From contig JACCVZ010000137.1 of assembly GCA_013697905.1 (NCBI GenBank), forward strand, positions 1 through 51,318: a stretch of 51,318 bases of DNA, in the 5' to 3' direction. This DNA is from Nocardioidaceae bacterium. Its GTDB lineage: Bacteria > Actinomycetota > Actinomycetes > Propionibacteriales > Nocardioidaceae. A model generated the notes under the pieces. That model made no database searches and was not told where the DNA came from. It saw only the letters and a program-made list of their open reading frames with translations. The translations under genes and the position numbers were made by a program. Shown here piece by piece: positions 1-7,601 of the stretch (within the stretch, counting starts at the first letter, position 1; the number at the start of each line of letters is the position of its first letter).

Positions 1-437
1 ACCCGGTGGACGCCGACCGCAAAGAAGTCAACCAGGACAGCCACCACGCCGATGCTGAACAGCACCAACAGCGTGAGTCCGGCGCTCTTCGGTGTCGGTG
101 CGGCGAACTTCTGTGCCACCTCGAGGCCGGCGTCGATGTCGCGCCGCAGACCTTCGAGCGTGCCCGAGGTCGGCAGGAGGCCGTACTTGAGCTTGTCGCC
201 GTAGGTGACGACGAGCAGCTCCACCAGGGCCGCCAGCTGGATCAGCAGTACCCCAGCGGCCGGGGTCCGGCACGCGCGGAGCCCGACGCCGAGACCGACC
301 AGAAGTGCCGACAGGAACGCCGCCTGGATCAGATAGGACTGGTTGCTGATGGTGGGCAGGAAACAACAGGCCGTGGCGACCGTTGCCAGCCAACCCAGGA
401 ACGCTAGCTTGAGGTGCTCTCCGAACCGCCGGCTCAT
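1..437 (-). CDS. Transglutaminase-family / DUF3488-like polytopic membrane protein, N-terminal part only (gene continues past the left edge)
   Basis: Absent from the ORF track because it has no stop in the window. The reverse strand from ATG (437-435) reads MSRRFGEHLKLAFLGWLATVATACCFLPTISNQSYLIQAAFLSALLVGLGVGLRACRTPAAGVLLIQLAALVELLVV... and stays open to position 1. Several hydrophobic helices are present. ATGA overlap with the DUF58 stop (436-434). The family call rests on the common MoxR-DUF58-transglutaminase gene order; the catalytic domain would lie outside the window. Confidence 0.45.
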   Translation of the reverse strand, partial: MSRRFGEHLKLAFLGWLATVATACCFLPTISNQSYLIQAAFLSALLVGLGVGLRACRTPAAGVLLIQLAALVELLVVTYGDKLKYGLLPTSGTLEGLRRDIDAGLEVAQKFAAPTPKSAGLTLLVLFSIGVVAVLVDFFAVGVHR

Positions 438-1729
438 GCGGCCGGTCCCGTCTGTACGAGCGGCTCGACTGTGTGGGAGCGCAATGCGGGAGGGAGGCAC
501 ACGTCGGCCCAGATCTGGCCTAGCCGGTCGCCCGTGCCGGCCACCACGACGGTCCAGCCGTGCGCACGCAGGTTCGCCGCCTGCTCCGCCGGGGAGCCGC
601 TGCCGCGGCTGTCGCCACGCGCCCATGCCCCGACGTCGAGGACGATCGCCAGCGCCCGCGTGGACCCCACCCGCAGCGCAGACAAGCTGGCGACGTCGGT
701 GGAGGAACAGTCTCCGAGTATCGCGACGAGGAGACCGGCGGCGTTGTGCTCGGTGGAGGTCGGGCTGAAGGCCGATCGGGTGGAGGTGGTGATGACCGCC
801 AGCGACTCGAGCAACAGCTGCACCTCTACCGGCCCACTGATACCTCGGTCGTGCCAGGTCGCCTCGGACGCGCGTACGTCGTCGGTCAGCATCCGGACGA
901 CGAACCCTTGACTGGCGAGGTAGGCACCGATCGAAGCGCAGGCCGACACGGCGTACTCGAAGGACGAGGCCGGCCCCGAGCCGCGGTGCGCCCCGGCGCG
1001 GGTGTCGAGCACGATCGTCGCGCGGCTCTGGTGCGGCTGCTCCTCGCGCCGGACCATCAGTTCGTCGGTGCGCGCGGTTGACCGCCAGTGGATCCGTCGC
1101 AGGTCGTCGCCGAGCCGGTACTCGCGCACGGTGACGTCCTCGGTCCCGGCGGCAGCGAAGGCGCGTGGCCGGTTGTCGCCCGTCCCGGACCACTCGCCGG
1201 ACAACCGGAAGGAGGCCAGGTCGACGACGACCGGGGTGACCACCAGTACGGCGCGCGAGGTGAACGCACGGGTGAGCTCGACGAATCCGAAGGGGTCGCT
1301 GATACGAACCGTCAGCGGACCGATGGCAAAGCGGCCCCGCACCTCCGATCGCACCAGGTAGCTCATGGTGCGATCCCATCGGGGGCGCAGCTGGTCGAGG
1401 ACGAACCGCGGCCGACTGCCGAGGACATACGGCACCTGGTCCTCGAGGAGCATCAGACCGGTGGGCACCCGACCGGGATTCTCGAGCCGCAAGGACACCT
1501 GTGCGGTCTGCCCGGCCTGCACTCTTGCCGGGGCGATCTCTCGCGAGCACGACAATCGGTAGCGCGACCGGTTGGCGAGGATCGCGGTGACCACAGGCAG
1601 CAGAATCAGCAGTACACCGACCCGGAGCAGGTCCTTTTGGCCGAGCAGGATCGCGCACACAGCACTTGTGGTCCCGGCGGACAGGAACGCCCGTCCGCGG
1701 GTGGTCAAGGTCGAGAGTGCAGCGCGCAT
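434..1729 (-). CDS. DUF58 domain protein (vWA-like partner of MoxR)
   Basis: 431-aa ORF with two N-terminal TM helices and the DUF58-typical core ...VREYRLGDDLRRIHWRSTARTDELMVRREEQ.... It lies 7 nt downstream of the moxR stop on the same strand. Confidence 0.8.
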   Translation of the reverse strand: MRAALSTLTTRGRAFLSAGTTSAVCAILLGQKDLLRVGVLLILLPVVTAILANRSRYRLSCSREIAPARVQAGQTAQVSLRLENPGRVPTGLMLLEDQVPYVLGSRPRFVLDQLRPRWDRTMSYLVRSEVRGRFAIGPLTVRISDPFGFVELTRAFTSRAVLVVTPVVVDLASFRLSGEWSGTGDNRPRAFAAAGTEDVTVREYRLGDDLRRIHWRSTARTDELMVRREEQPHQSRATIVLDTRAGAHRGSGPASSFEYAVSACASIGAYLASQGFVVRMLTDDVRASEATWHDRGISGPVEVQLLLESLAVITTSTRSAFSPTSTEHNAAGLLVAILGDCSSTDVASLSALRVGSTRALAIVLDVGAWARGDSRGSGSPAEQAANLRAHGWTVVVAGTGDRLGQIWADVCLPPALRSHTVEPLVQTGPAA

Positions 1730-1736
1730 CCGAAAG

Positions 1737-2708
1737 TCAGACGTAGCGATCGTAATGTGTCGTTGACTCGGGCACCGGGATGGAGCGGATGATCGACGTG
1801 ACCACCTGCTCGGCCCCGCGGCCGCCCATCTGCGCTTCGAGCCCGGTGATGAGCCGGTGCGCGATGACGGGGACGGCGAGCGTCTGCAGGTCGTCTGGAA
1901 TCACGTAGTCGCGACCCTCGAGGGCCGCGTGGGCGCGGGCAGCGCGCACCAGGTGGAGCGTCGCACGAGGCGAGGCGCCGAGGCGCAGCTCCGGCGACCG
2001 CCGGGTGGCTGAGGTGATGTCGATGGCGTACTGCTTCACCGAGTCGGCGACATGCACGGTGCGCACGATGTCGACCAGCTTCGCGATCTCGGCGGCGTCG
2101 GCGACGGCCTCCAGGTCGTCCAGCGGGCTCGTCGTCGAATGGCTGTCGAGCATGGCGAGCTCCGACTTCGGCAGCGGATAGCCCATCGAGACCCGCGCCA
2201 TGAAGCGGTCCCGCTGCGCCTCAGGCAACGGATAGGTGCCCTCCATCTCGATGGGGTTCTGAGTGGCGATCACCATGAAAGGGGCGGCGAGCTCGTACGT
2301 CGTCCCGTCGACCGTGACCTGACGCTCCTCCATGCACTCGAGCAGCGCCGACTGAGTCTTCGGCGAGGCGCGGTTGATCTCGTCGCCGACCACGACGTTG
2401 GCGAAGACGCCGCCGGGGCGGAACTCGAAGTCGCGGGTGTCGCGGTTGTAGATCGAGACCCCGGTCACGTCGGACGGCAGCAGGTCCGGGGTGAACTGGA
2501 TGCGCTTGACCGTGCCGTCGATCGACCGCGCCAGTGTCTTCGCGAGCATCGTCTTGCCGACGCCGGGCACGTCCTCGATCAACAGATGCCCCTCGGCCAG
2601 CAGCACCGTCACCGACGTACGGATGACGTCGGCTTTGCCCTCGATCACTTTCTCGATGTTTTCGGTGACCCGGCGCGTCACCGTCTCCACGGTGTCGACA
2701 CTGCTCAT
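1737..2708 (-). CDS. moxR: MoxR-family AAA+ ATPase
   Basis: Walker A DVPGVGKT and Walker B VVVGDEINRASPKTQSALLECMEERQVTVDG, typical of the MoxR/AAA_3 family. I trimmed the tracked ORF (to 2930) to the ATG at 2708 (MSSVDTVETV...), giving about 324 aa, the usual MoxR length. Confidence 0.9.
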   Translation of the reverse strand: MSSVDTVETVTRRVTENIEKVIEGKADVIRTSVTVLLAEGHLLIEDVPGVGKTMLAKTLARSIDGTVKRIQFTPDLLPSDVTGVSIYNRDTRDFEFRPGGVFANVVVGDEINRASPKTQSALLECMEERQVTVDGTTYELAAPFMVIATQNPIEMEGTYPLPEAQRDRFMARVSMGYPLPKSELAMLDSHSTTSPLDDLEAVADAAEIAKLVDIVRTVHVADSVKQYAIDITSATRRSPELRLGASPRATLHLVRAARAHAALEGRDYVIPDDLQTLAVPVIAHRLITGLEAQMGGRGAEQVVTSIIRSIPVPESTTHYDRYV

Positions 2709-3127
2709 GCGATCCCCTTGCCATTCGTGCCCACGTACGTCAGCCGGGTCGAGAGGACCCGGAGGTTGCATCTTGGCAACTCGCGGCCAGGTCTGCGATG
2801 CCCCATCGGTAACGATGTGGTGACGCCGACCTCGACCCGCGGACCAGGTCGGCAGCGGCGGTCCCCCGCTCCGTGTCAGCGAACCTACCTCATCGACAAC
2901 GGACGAATGGACCGATTCGGGTCTCGTCACCGAGCCGCCGGCCGATGTCTCGCCCGGCCCTTTGGGTTCGCCCCGAGAACGTGCTGCTCCACCACGCTCC
3001 GCTTCGCCCTACCACACATCGCTGCACGCATCGTGGCGCACTCAGCCGAGCGGTCGCCAGGGAGCAGAAGGCCCGCGCGGCGGGGGCGGCGGGTGGGTCG
3101 ACACGTCGTGAAGCCACCCAGTATTGG

Positions 3128-3155
3128 TTGACGGTGGAGAGATGTGGAGTAGAGT
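3128..3155 (+). promoter_or_regulatory. Candidate sigma-A type promoter of the dcw cluster (TTGACG-16 nt-TAGAGT)
   Basis: TTGACG at 3128-3133 and TAGAGT at 3150-3155 with a 16-nt spacer. This would give a 5' UTR of about 40 nt before the mraZ GTG at 3202, with a GGGAGG Shine-Dalgarno at 3186-3191. Sequence match only. Confidence 0.4.
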
Positions 3156-3169
3156 GGAGCGTAATGGAG
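3134..3169 (+). promoter_or_regulatory. Array of four phased direct repeats (GTGGAG x3, ATGGAG x1); candidate MraZ operator
   Basis: Hexamers at 3134-3139, 3144-3149, 3154-3159 and 3164-3169 sit exactly 10 bp apart and overlap the putative -35/-10. MraZ is known to bind phased direct-repeat arrays in its own promoter. Confidence 0.5.
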
Positions 3170-3201
3170 TAAATCGGCGTCCGTGAGGGAGGTGCCTACC
3201 C

Positions 3202-3639
3202 GTGTTCTTGGGGACGCACACGCCTCGCCTCGACGACAAGGGCCGGCTCTTCTTGCCGGCGAAGTTCAGAGATGAGCTGTCGGAGGGACTCGTGGTGACG
3301 ATGGGACAGGAGCGCTGCCTCTACGTGTGGCCGAGCTCGGAGTTCCGTCGATTCACCGAGAAGCTCCGCGAGACCCCGGTGACCAATCGACGGGGCCGTG
3401 ACTTCATGCGGATGCTCTTCGCCGGCGCATCTGCCGAGAGCGCCGACAAGCAGGGTCGCGTGACGCTGCCTGGCGCATTGCGCGAGTACGCCGGCCTCAC
3501 CCGCGAGTGCGTCGTCATCGGCGCCTACACCCGGGTGGAGATCTGGGACGCCGACGCCTGGAGCACCTACAGCGCCGAGCAGGAGTCGGCGTTCGCGGAC
3601 TGGTCTGAGGAGGTGCTGCCAGGCTCCCACGAGTTCTAG
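3202..3639 (+). CDS. mraZ: Transcriptional regulator MraZ
   Basis: 145 aa, [26 protein letters not shown]... plus a second SpoVT/AbrB-like half (...[18 protein letters not shown]...). First gene of the dcw cluster. Confidence 0.95.
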   Translation: MFLGTHTPRLDDKGRLFLPAKFRDELSEGLVVTMGQERCLYVWPSSEFRRFTEKLRETPVTNRRGRDFMRMLFAGASAESADKQGRVTLPGALREYAGLTRECVVIGAYTRVEIWDADAWSTYSAEQESAFADWSEEVLPGSHEF

Positions 3640-3907
3640 ACCGACCCCGACGTCGTATGTCGAGGTCTCCGAGCCGCCCCTTCGGTTCTTCTGGCGCACC
3701 TTCCCCGGCGCCAGACGGGCATCAAGCGAAGGAGCGGACGGGGGCCTGGCCGTACGAAACGCCCAATCCGCGTCACCACTTCCGCGTCACCAGTCCGCGT
3801 CACCAGTCCGGATCCACCAAGCCACCAAGCCAGCACCGGCCCAAGCACCGGGTCCGCACCGATTCGGTTCCGCGGCCGAGCCGCGACCACACTCTCGAAG
3901 GGCGAAC

Positions 3908-4063
3908 ATGTTGAGTTGGGAAGCTGCCACCCACGAGTCCGAGCAACCTCCCCGTCGGGTGCGCGAGGCCGCCAAGGATGGCGTCGCCGTCGCCGCGGCC
4001 TCGGCGCTCGCCTCGACCGCCCTTGCCGTGGGCGTGTTGCTCATCTCGAAGCTGGCCGGCTGA
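3908..4063 (+). CDS. Candidate 51-aa small membrane protein (below the ORF-track length cutoff)
   Basis: ATG 3908 to TGA 4061-4063 gives [51 protein letters not shown]. The N-terminus is hydrophilic and there is one C-terminal TM helix. From codon 18 onward about 32 of 34 third positions are G/C, clearly higher than the overlapping frame. The stop is 7 nt before the rsmH ATG. An alternative GTG start is at 3959. No homology is known to me. Confidence 0.35.
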   Translation: MLSWEAATHESEQPPRRVREAAKDGVAVAAASALASTALAVGVLLISKLAG

Positions 4064-4070
4064 GCTGACC

Positions 4071-5024
4071 ATGTCGGACCCCCGCCATGTCCCGGTGTTG
4101 CTCGACCGCGTGGTCGCCCTCGTCGCGCCCGCACTGACCGAACCGGCGTCGGTGCTCGTCGACGCGACGCTCGGGCTGGCGGGGCACGCCGGGGCGATTC
4201 TCGCTGCGTGTCCTCACGCGCAGCTCGTCGGCATGGACCGCGACTCCAAGGCGTTGGCGCTCGCAGCCGAGCGACTGCAACCGTTCGCCGCTCGGACCAC
4301 GCTCGTGCACGCGGTGTACGACGAGATCCCCGATGTTCTCTCGCGACTCGGGATGGACCGGATCCAAGGCGTGTTGTTCGACCTCGGCGTCTCGTCGATG
4401 CAGCTCGACGAGACCGACCGCGGCTTCGCGTACGCACAGGACGCGCCGCTCGACATGCGGATGGACCAGAAGCGGGGGACGACGGCGGCGGAGCTCCTCA
4501 ACACGGCTTCGGTTCACGAGCTGTCGCGCATCCTCTCCCGCTACGGCGAGGAGCGGTACTCCCGTCGTATCGCCGAGGCGGTCGTGCGGGAGCGACAGCG
4601 CGAGCCGTTTTCGACCAGTGCCCGACTCGTGGACCTGGTGCGATCCTCGATCCCGGCAGCTGCCCGCCGTACCGGGGGCAACCCAGCTAAGCGCACCTTT
4701 CAGGCGCTCCGGATCGCGGTCAACGACGAGATCGCTGTCCTCCAACGGGCGTTGCCGGCGGCCATCGACGCGCTTGCCGTTGGAGGTCGCATCGTCGTCA
4801 TGTCCTACCACTCGCTCGAGGACCGCCTCGCCAAGCGCGCTCTGGTGGCCCGGTCCAGGTCCACTGCCCCGCTCGACCTGCCGGTCGTCCTGCCAGGACA
4901 CGAGCCAGAGCTGAGGCTCCTCACCCGTGGCGCCGAAGTTGCCCGGGCCGAAGACATCGAGCACAACCAGCGCGCCGCCTCGGTCAGGTTGCGTGCCGCA
5001 GTTCGGACCCGGGAGGTCGCGTGA
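4071..5024 (+). CDS. rsmH: 16S rRNA (cytosine1402-N4)-methyltransferase RsmH (MraW)
   Basis: [14 protein letters not shown]..., DATLGLAGH and [10 protein letters not shown] motifs. I trimmed the tracked ORF (3978) to the ATG at 4071, where homology-like sequence begins. Confidence 0.95.
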   Translation: MSDPRHVPVLLDRVVALVAPALTEPASVLVDATLGLAGHAGAILAACPHAQLVGMDRDSKALALAAERLQPFAARTTLVHAVYDEIPDVLSRLGMDRIQGVLFDLGVSSMQLDETDRGFAYAQDAPLDMRMDQKRGTTAAELLNTASVHELSRILSRYGEERYSRRIAEAVVRERQREPFSTSARLVDLVRSSIPAAARRTGGNPAKRTFQALRIAVNDEIAVLQRALPAAIDALAVGGRIVVMSYHSLEDRLAKRALVARSRSTAPLDLPVVLPGHEPELRLLTRGAEVARAEDIEHNQRAASVRLRAAVRTREVA

Positions 5025-5578
5025 GCTCAGTGGTGCACCAGGCACGGGTCAAGGCACTGCGCCTTGCCCCGCTGCCGAGGCCGCGACTCACAATCGTGCC
5101 CAAGATGGCGGGGCACACTCCACGAGTCCCGTTCGTGCTGCTGGTCGTCTCGTTGCTCGGCCTGGGGCTCGTCGGGTTGTTGCTGCTCAACACCGGTCTG
5201 CAGCGGGGCGCGTACGAGGTGACCGATCTGCGGCAGACCTCGGCGGACCTGGCCTTACGCCAACAGAACCTGAGCGTGCAGGTGGCCGACCTGCAGCAGC
5301 CGCAGCAGCTGGCCGAGCGCGCGCTACGCCTGGGTATGGTGCGCAACGACAGCCCGGCGTTCCTCTCGATCTCTTCGGGCAAGATCGTCGGCGCTGCGGT
5401 GCCGGGCGTCGCGCACAACAAGGTGGACGTGGGCATGGCCGCCCTGACAGCTGACCCCTCCGCTGGGAAGGTGCCGCCGGAGCTTGCCGGCCAACACGTA
5501 GGCGGGGTGGCCCCGCTGGGACAGCACAAGGCGAACCCTCCGTCGGCCGACCAGGCCAGGCCGCGCAGCAGCCGGTAA
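5021..5578 (+). CDS. ftsL: FtsL-like cell division protein (septum formation initiator family)
   Basis: GTGA overlap with the rsmH stop. Single TM ([22 protein letters not shown]) followed by a coiled-coil-like segment ([28 protein letters not shown]). Lies in the canonical position between rsmH and ftsI. The start may instead be the ATG at 5105. Confidence 0.6.
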   Translation: MSSVVHQARVKALRLAPLPRPRLTIVPKMAGHTPRVPFVLLVVSLLGLGLVGLLLLNTGLQRGAYEVTDLRQTSADLALRQQNLSVQVADLQQPQQLAERALRLGMVRNDSPAFLSISSGKIVGAAVPGVAHNKVDVGMAALTADPSAGKVPPELAGQHVGGVAPLGQHKANPPSADQARPRSSR

Positions 5579-5707
5579 GACCCCAGAGTTCGACAAACTC
5601 CACCGACACGAGAGGCAGCTCCGAGGGATAGCGGTGGTACCGGGATACAAATAACTCCTGCAACATGTGCCACATCCGTCACAGCCGAGCAACGGGGTAG
5701 GGGATCG

Positions 5708-7579
5708 GTGACCCAGCGAACGCCAGGTGACCGGCGCAAACCGGCTACCCCGAGCAAGCAAGCCAAACGCCCTGCCTCGTCGTCGGCGCGTCGGCCGACT
5801 CCGAACCGATCCACTCGCAAGCGGTTCAAGCGCCGACCCCGCACGATGACGCTGGCCACCGGCACGTTTCGGTTGTGGAGTAGCTTCTGCGTCGTCGCCT
5901 TCGTACTGTCGCTCTTCGCCGCCCGGCTCATCCAGCTGCAAGGGATCGACGAGAACGACTATGCCGCCCTGTCAGCGCAGAAGGGTGCGAAGACCGTCAC
6001 GCTCGAAGCGCCCCGGGCGGGCATCTACGACCGCAACATGGTGGCGCTCGCCGAGACCGTCGATGCGAGCAAGATCGTGGCCGACCCGACCGACGCCCAT
6101 GACGACGCCAGGGAGATCGCCACGATCCTGCACCGCCGGCTCGGGGCCGACTACATCGACACCGTCACGCTGCTCCGCAAGACGAGCACGAGGTATGTCG
6201 AGCTCGTCCGCCACGTCGAACCGGAGAAGGCGGCCGCCGTGGTCGCGTACCTTCACCGCTCCGACTACCCCGGTGTGTACGTCGACGACGACACCTTGCG
6301 GACCTACCCCGCCGATGACGTGGCCGCGAACATCGTCGGATTCCTCACCGACGACGGTTACGGCGGTTCCGGCGTCGAGTCGAAGTTCGAACAGATCCTC
6401 GCCGGCCGTGACGGATCAGCCACGTTCGAGGTGTCGGCCGACGGTCAACAGCTCCCGCTGGCTGACAGCACCGTCAAGCAGCCAAAGGAGGGGACGGGAG
6501 TCCAGCTCACCATCGACCAGGATCTCCAGTTCCTGGCGCAGCGACGGCTGTCGCAGGCGGTGCGCGACTCGGGCGGCACCTCGGGCATAGCGGCGGTGAT
6601 GGACGTCAAGACCGGTCAGCTGCTGGCGCTCGCCGACACACCAACGTTCAACCCGAACCAGCGCAAGCTGTCCGCGCCGCAAGACTATGGGTCCCGAGCC
6701 GTGCAAGACGTCTACGAGCCGGGAAGCGTGGAGAAGGTGCTCACGTTCGCGGCGCTCATCGACGCGGGCTATGTCACGCCCCGGACCAAGATCACGGTGC
6801 CCGCGGTGCTGCCGCGGGCGGACAGCACGATTCACGACTACTTCTACCACGGCACACTTCGGTTGACGACAACCGGCGTCGTCGCCAAGTCGTCGAACAT
6901 CGGGACGGTCCGCGCGGCCGAGCGGATGCCGAGCCGGGAGCTCTACGGCTACCTGCGTGACTTCGGCTTCGGAGCACAGACCGATGTCGGTCTCGGCGGT
7001 GAGACCAAGGGGCTGCTGCCACCTCCGCGGAACTGGCTGCCCATCACGCACGACACCATCTCGTTCGGTCAGGGCCTATCTGTCAACGCCGTCCAGATGA
7101 CCGCGGCGGTCGCGGCCGTCGCCAACGACGGCGTCTACGTGCAGCCATCGCTGGTCGAGGGCTACGTCGACGACGACGGTCAGGTCACCCCGGTAGCCGC
7201 CCCCGAGCGGCACCGAGTCGTCTCGTCCCGGGCGGCCGAGCAGGTGGCCCGAATGATGGAGGAGGTGACCGGGCCGGAAGGCACCGCACCGGACGCCGCC
7301 ATCACCGGCTACCGGGTCGCCGGCAAGACGGGTACGGCACAGCGCGTTGACGAGTCCTGCGGCTGCTACGACGGCTCGTTCACGGTGTCTTTCGCCGGGT
7401 TCGCGCCCGCAGACGACCCACGCTTCGTCGTGTACGTGGTCGTCCAGGAGCCGAAGGACGGCGGCGGTGGCGGCACGACCGGCGGACCGGTCTTTCATGA
7501 CCTGATGGCCGCCACCCTGCAGAAGTTCGGCGTACCGCCGACCGGGAAGCGCCAGCCCGCGCTGCCCGTCAGCTGGTGA
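5708..7579 (+). CDS. ftsI: Class B penicillin-binding protein, division transpeptidase FtsI/PbpB
   Basis: N-terminal TM anchor. Transpeptidase motifs SxxK (GSVEK), SxN (KSSNIG) and KTG (GKTGTA). dcw position. Confidence 0.9.
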   Translation: MTQRTPGDRRKPATPSKQAKRPASSSARRPTPNRSTRKRFKRRPRTMTLATGTFRLWSSFCVVAFVLSLFAARLIQLQGIDENDYAALSAQKGAKTVTLEAPRAGIYDRNMVALAETVDASKIVADPTDAHDDAREIATILHRRLGADYIDTVTLLRKTSTRYVELVRHVEPEKAAAVVAYLHRSDYPGVYVDDDTLRTYPADDVAANIVGFLTDDGYGGSGVESKFEQILAGRDGSATFEVSADGQQLPLADSTVKQPKEGTGVQLTIDQDLQFLAQRRLSQAVRDSGGTSGIAAVMDVKTGQLLALADTPTFNPNQRKLSAPQDYGSRAVQDVYEPGSVEKVLTFAALIDAGYVTPRTKITVPAVLPRADSTIHDYFYHGTLRLTTTGVVAKSSNIGTVRAAERMPSRELYGYLRDFGFGAQTDVGLGGETKGLLPPPRNWLPITHDTISFGQGLSVNAVQMTAAVAAVANDGVYVQPSLVEGYVDDDGQVTPVAAPERHRVVSSRAAEQVARMMEEVTGPEGTAPDAAITGYRVAGKTGTAQRVDESCGCYDGSFTVSFAGFAPADDPRFVVYVVVQEPKDGGGGGTTGGPVFHDLMAATLQKFGVPPTGKRQPALPVSW

Positions 7580-7601
7580 GGCTCGTTGTTAGCCTTCGGC
7601 T

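Noticed and set aside
3657-3914. 85-aa plus-strand ORF in the mraZ-rsmH spacer (MSRSPSRPFGSSGAPSPAPDGHQ...)
   Set aside because: Third-position GC is only about 70%, near background. The sequence is Pro/Ser/Arg/His-rich and is generated largely by the short DNA repeats. Neither the start context nor the composition looks coding.
5633-5641. GGTGGTACC upstream of ftsI, resembling the T-box core
   Set aside because: It shares only 9 nt with the T-box consensus. It has no flanking CGCG, no specifier/Stem I architecture and only a 129-nt spacer, and a PBP gene is not a T-box target. Probably coincidental.
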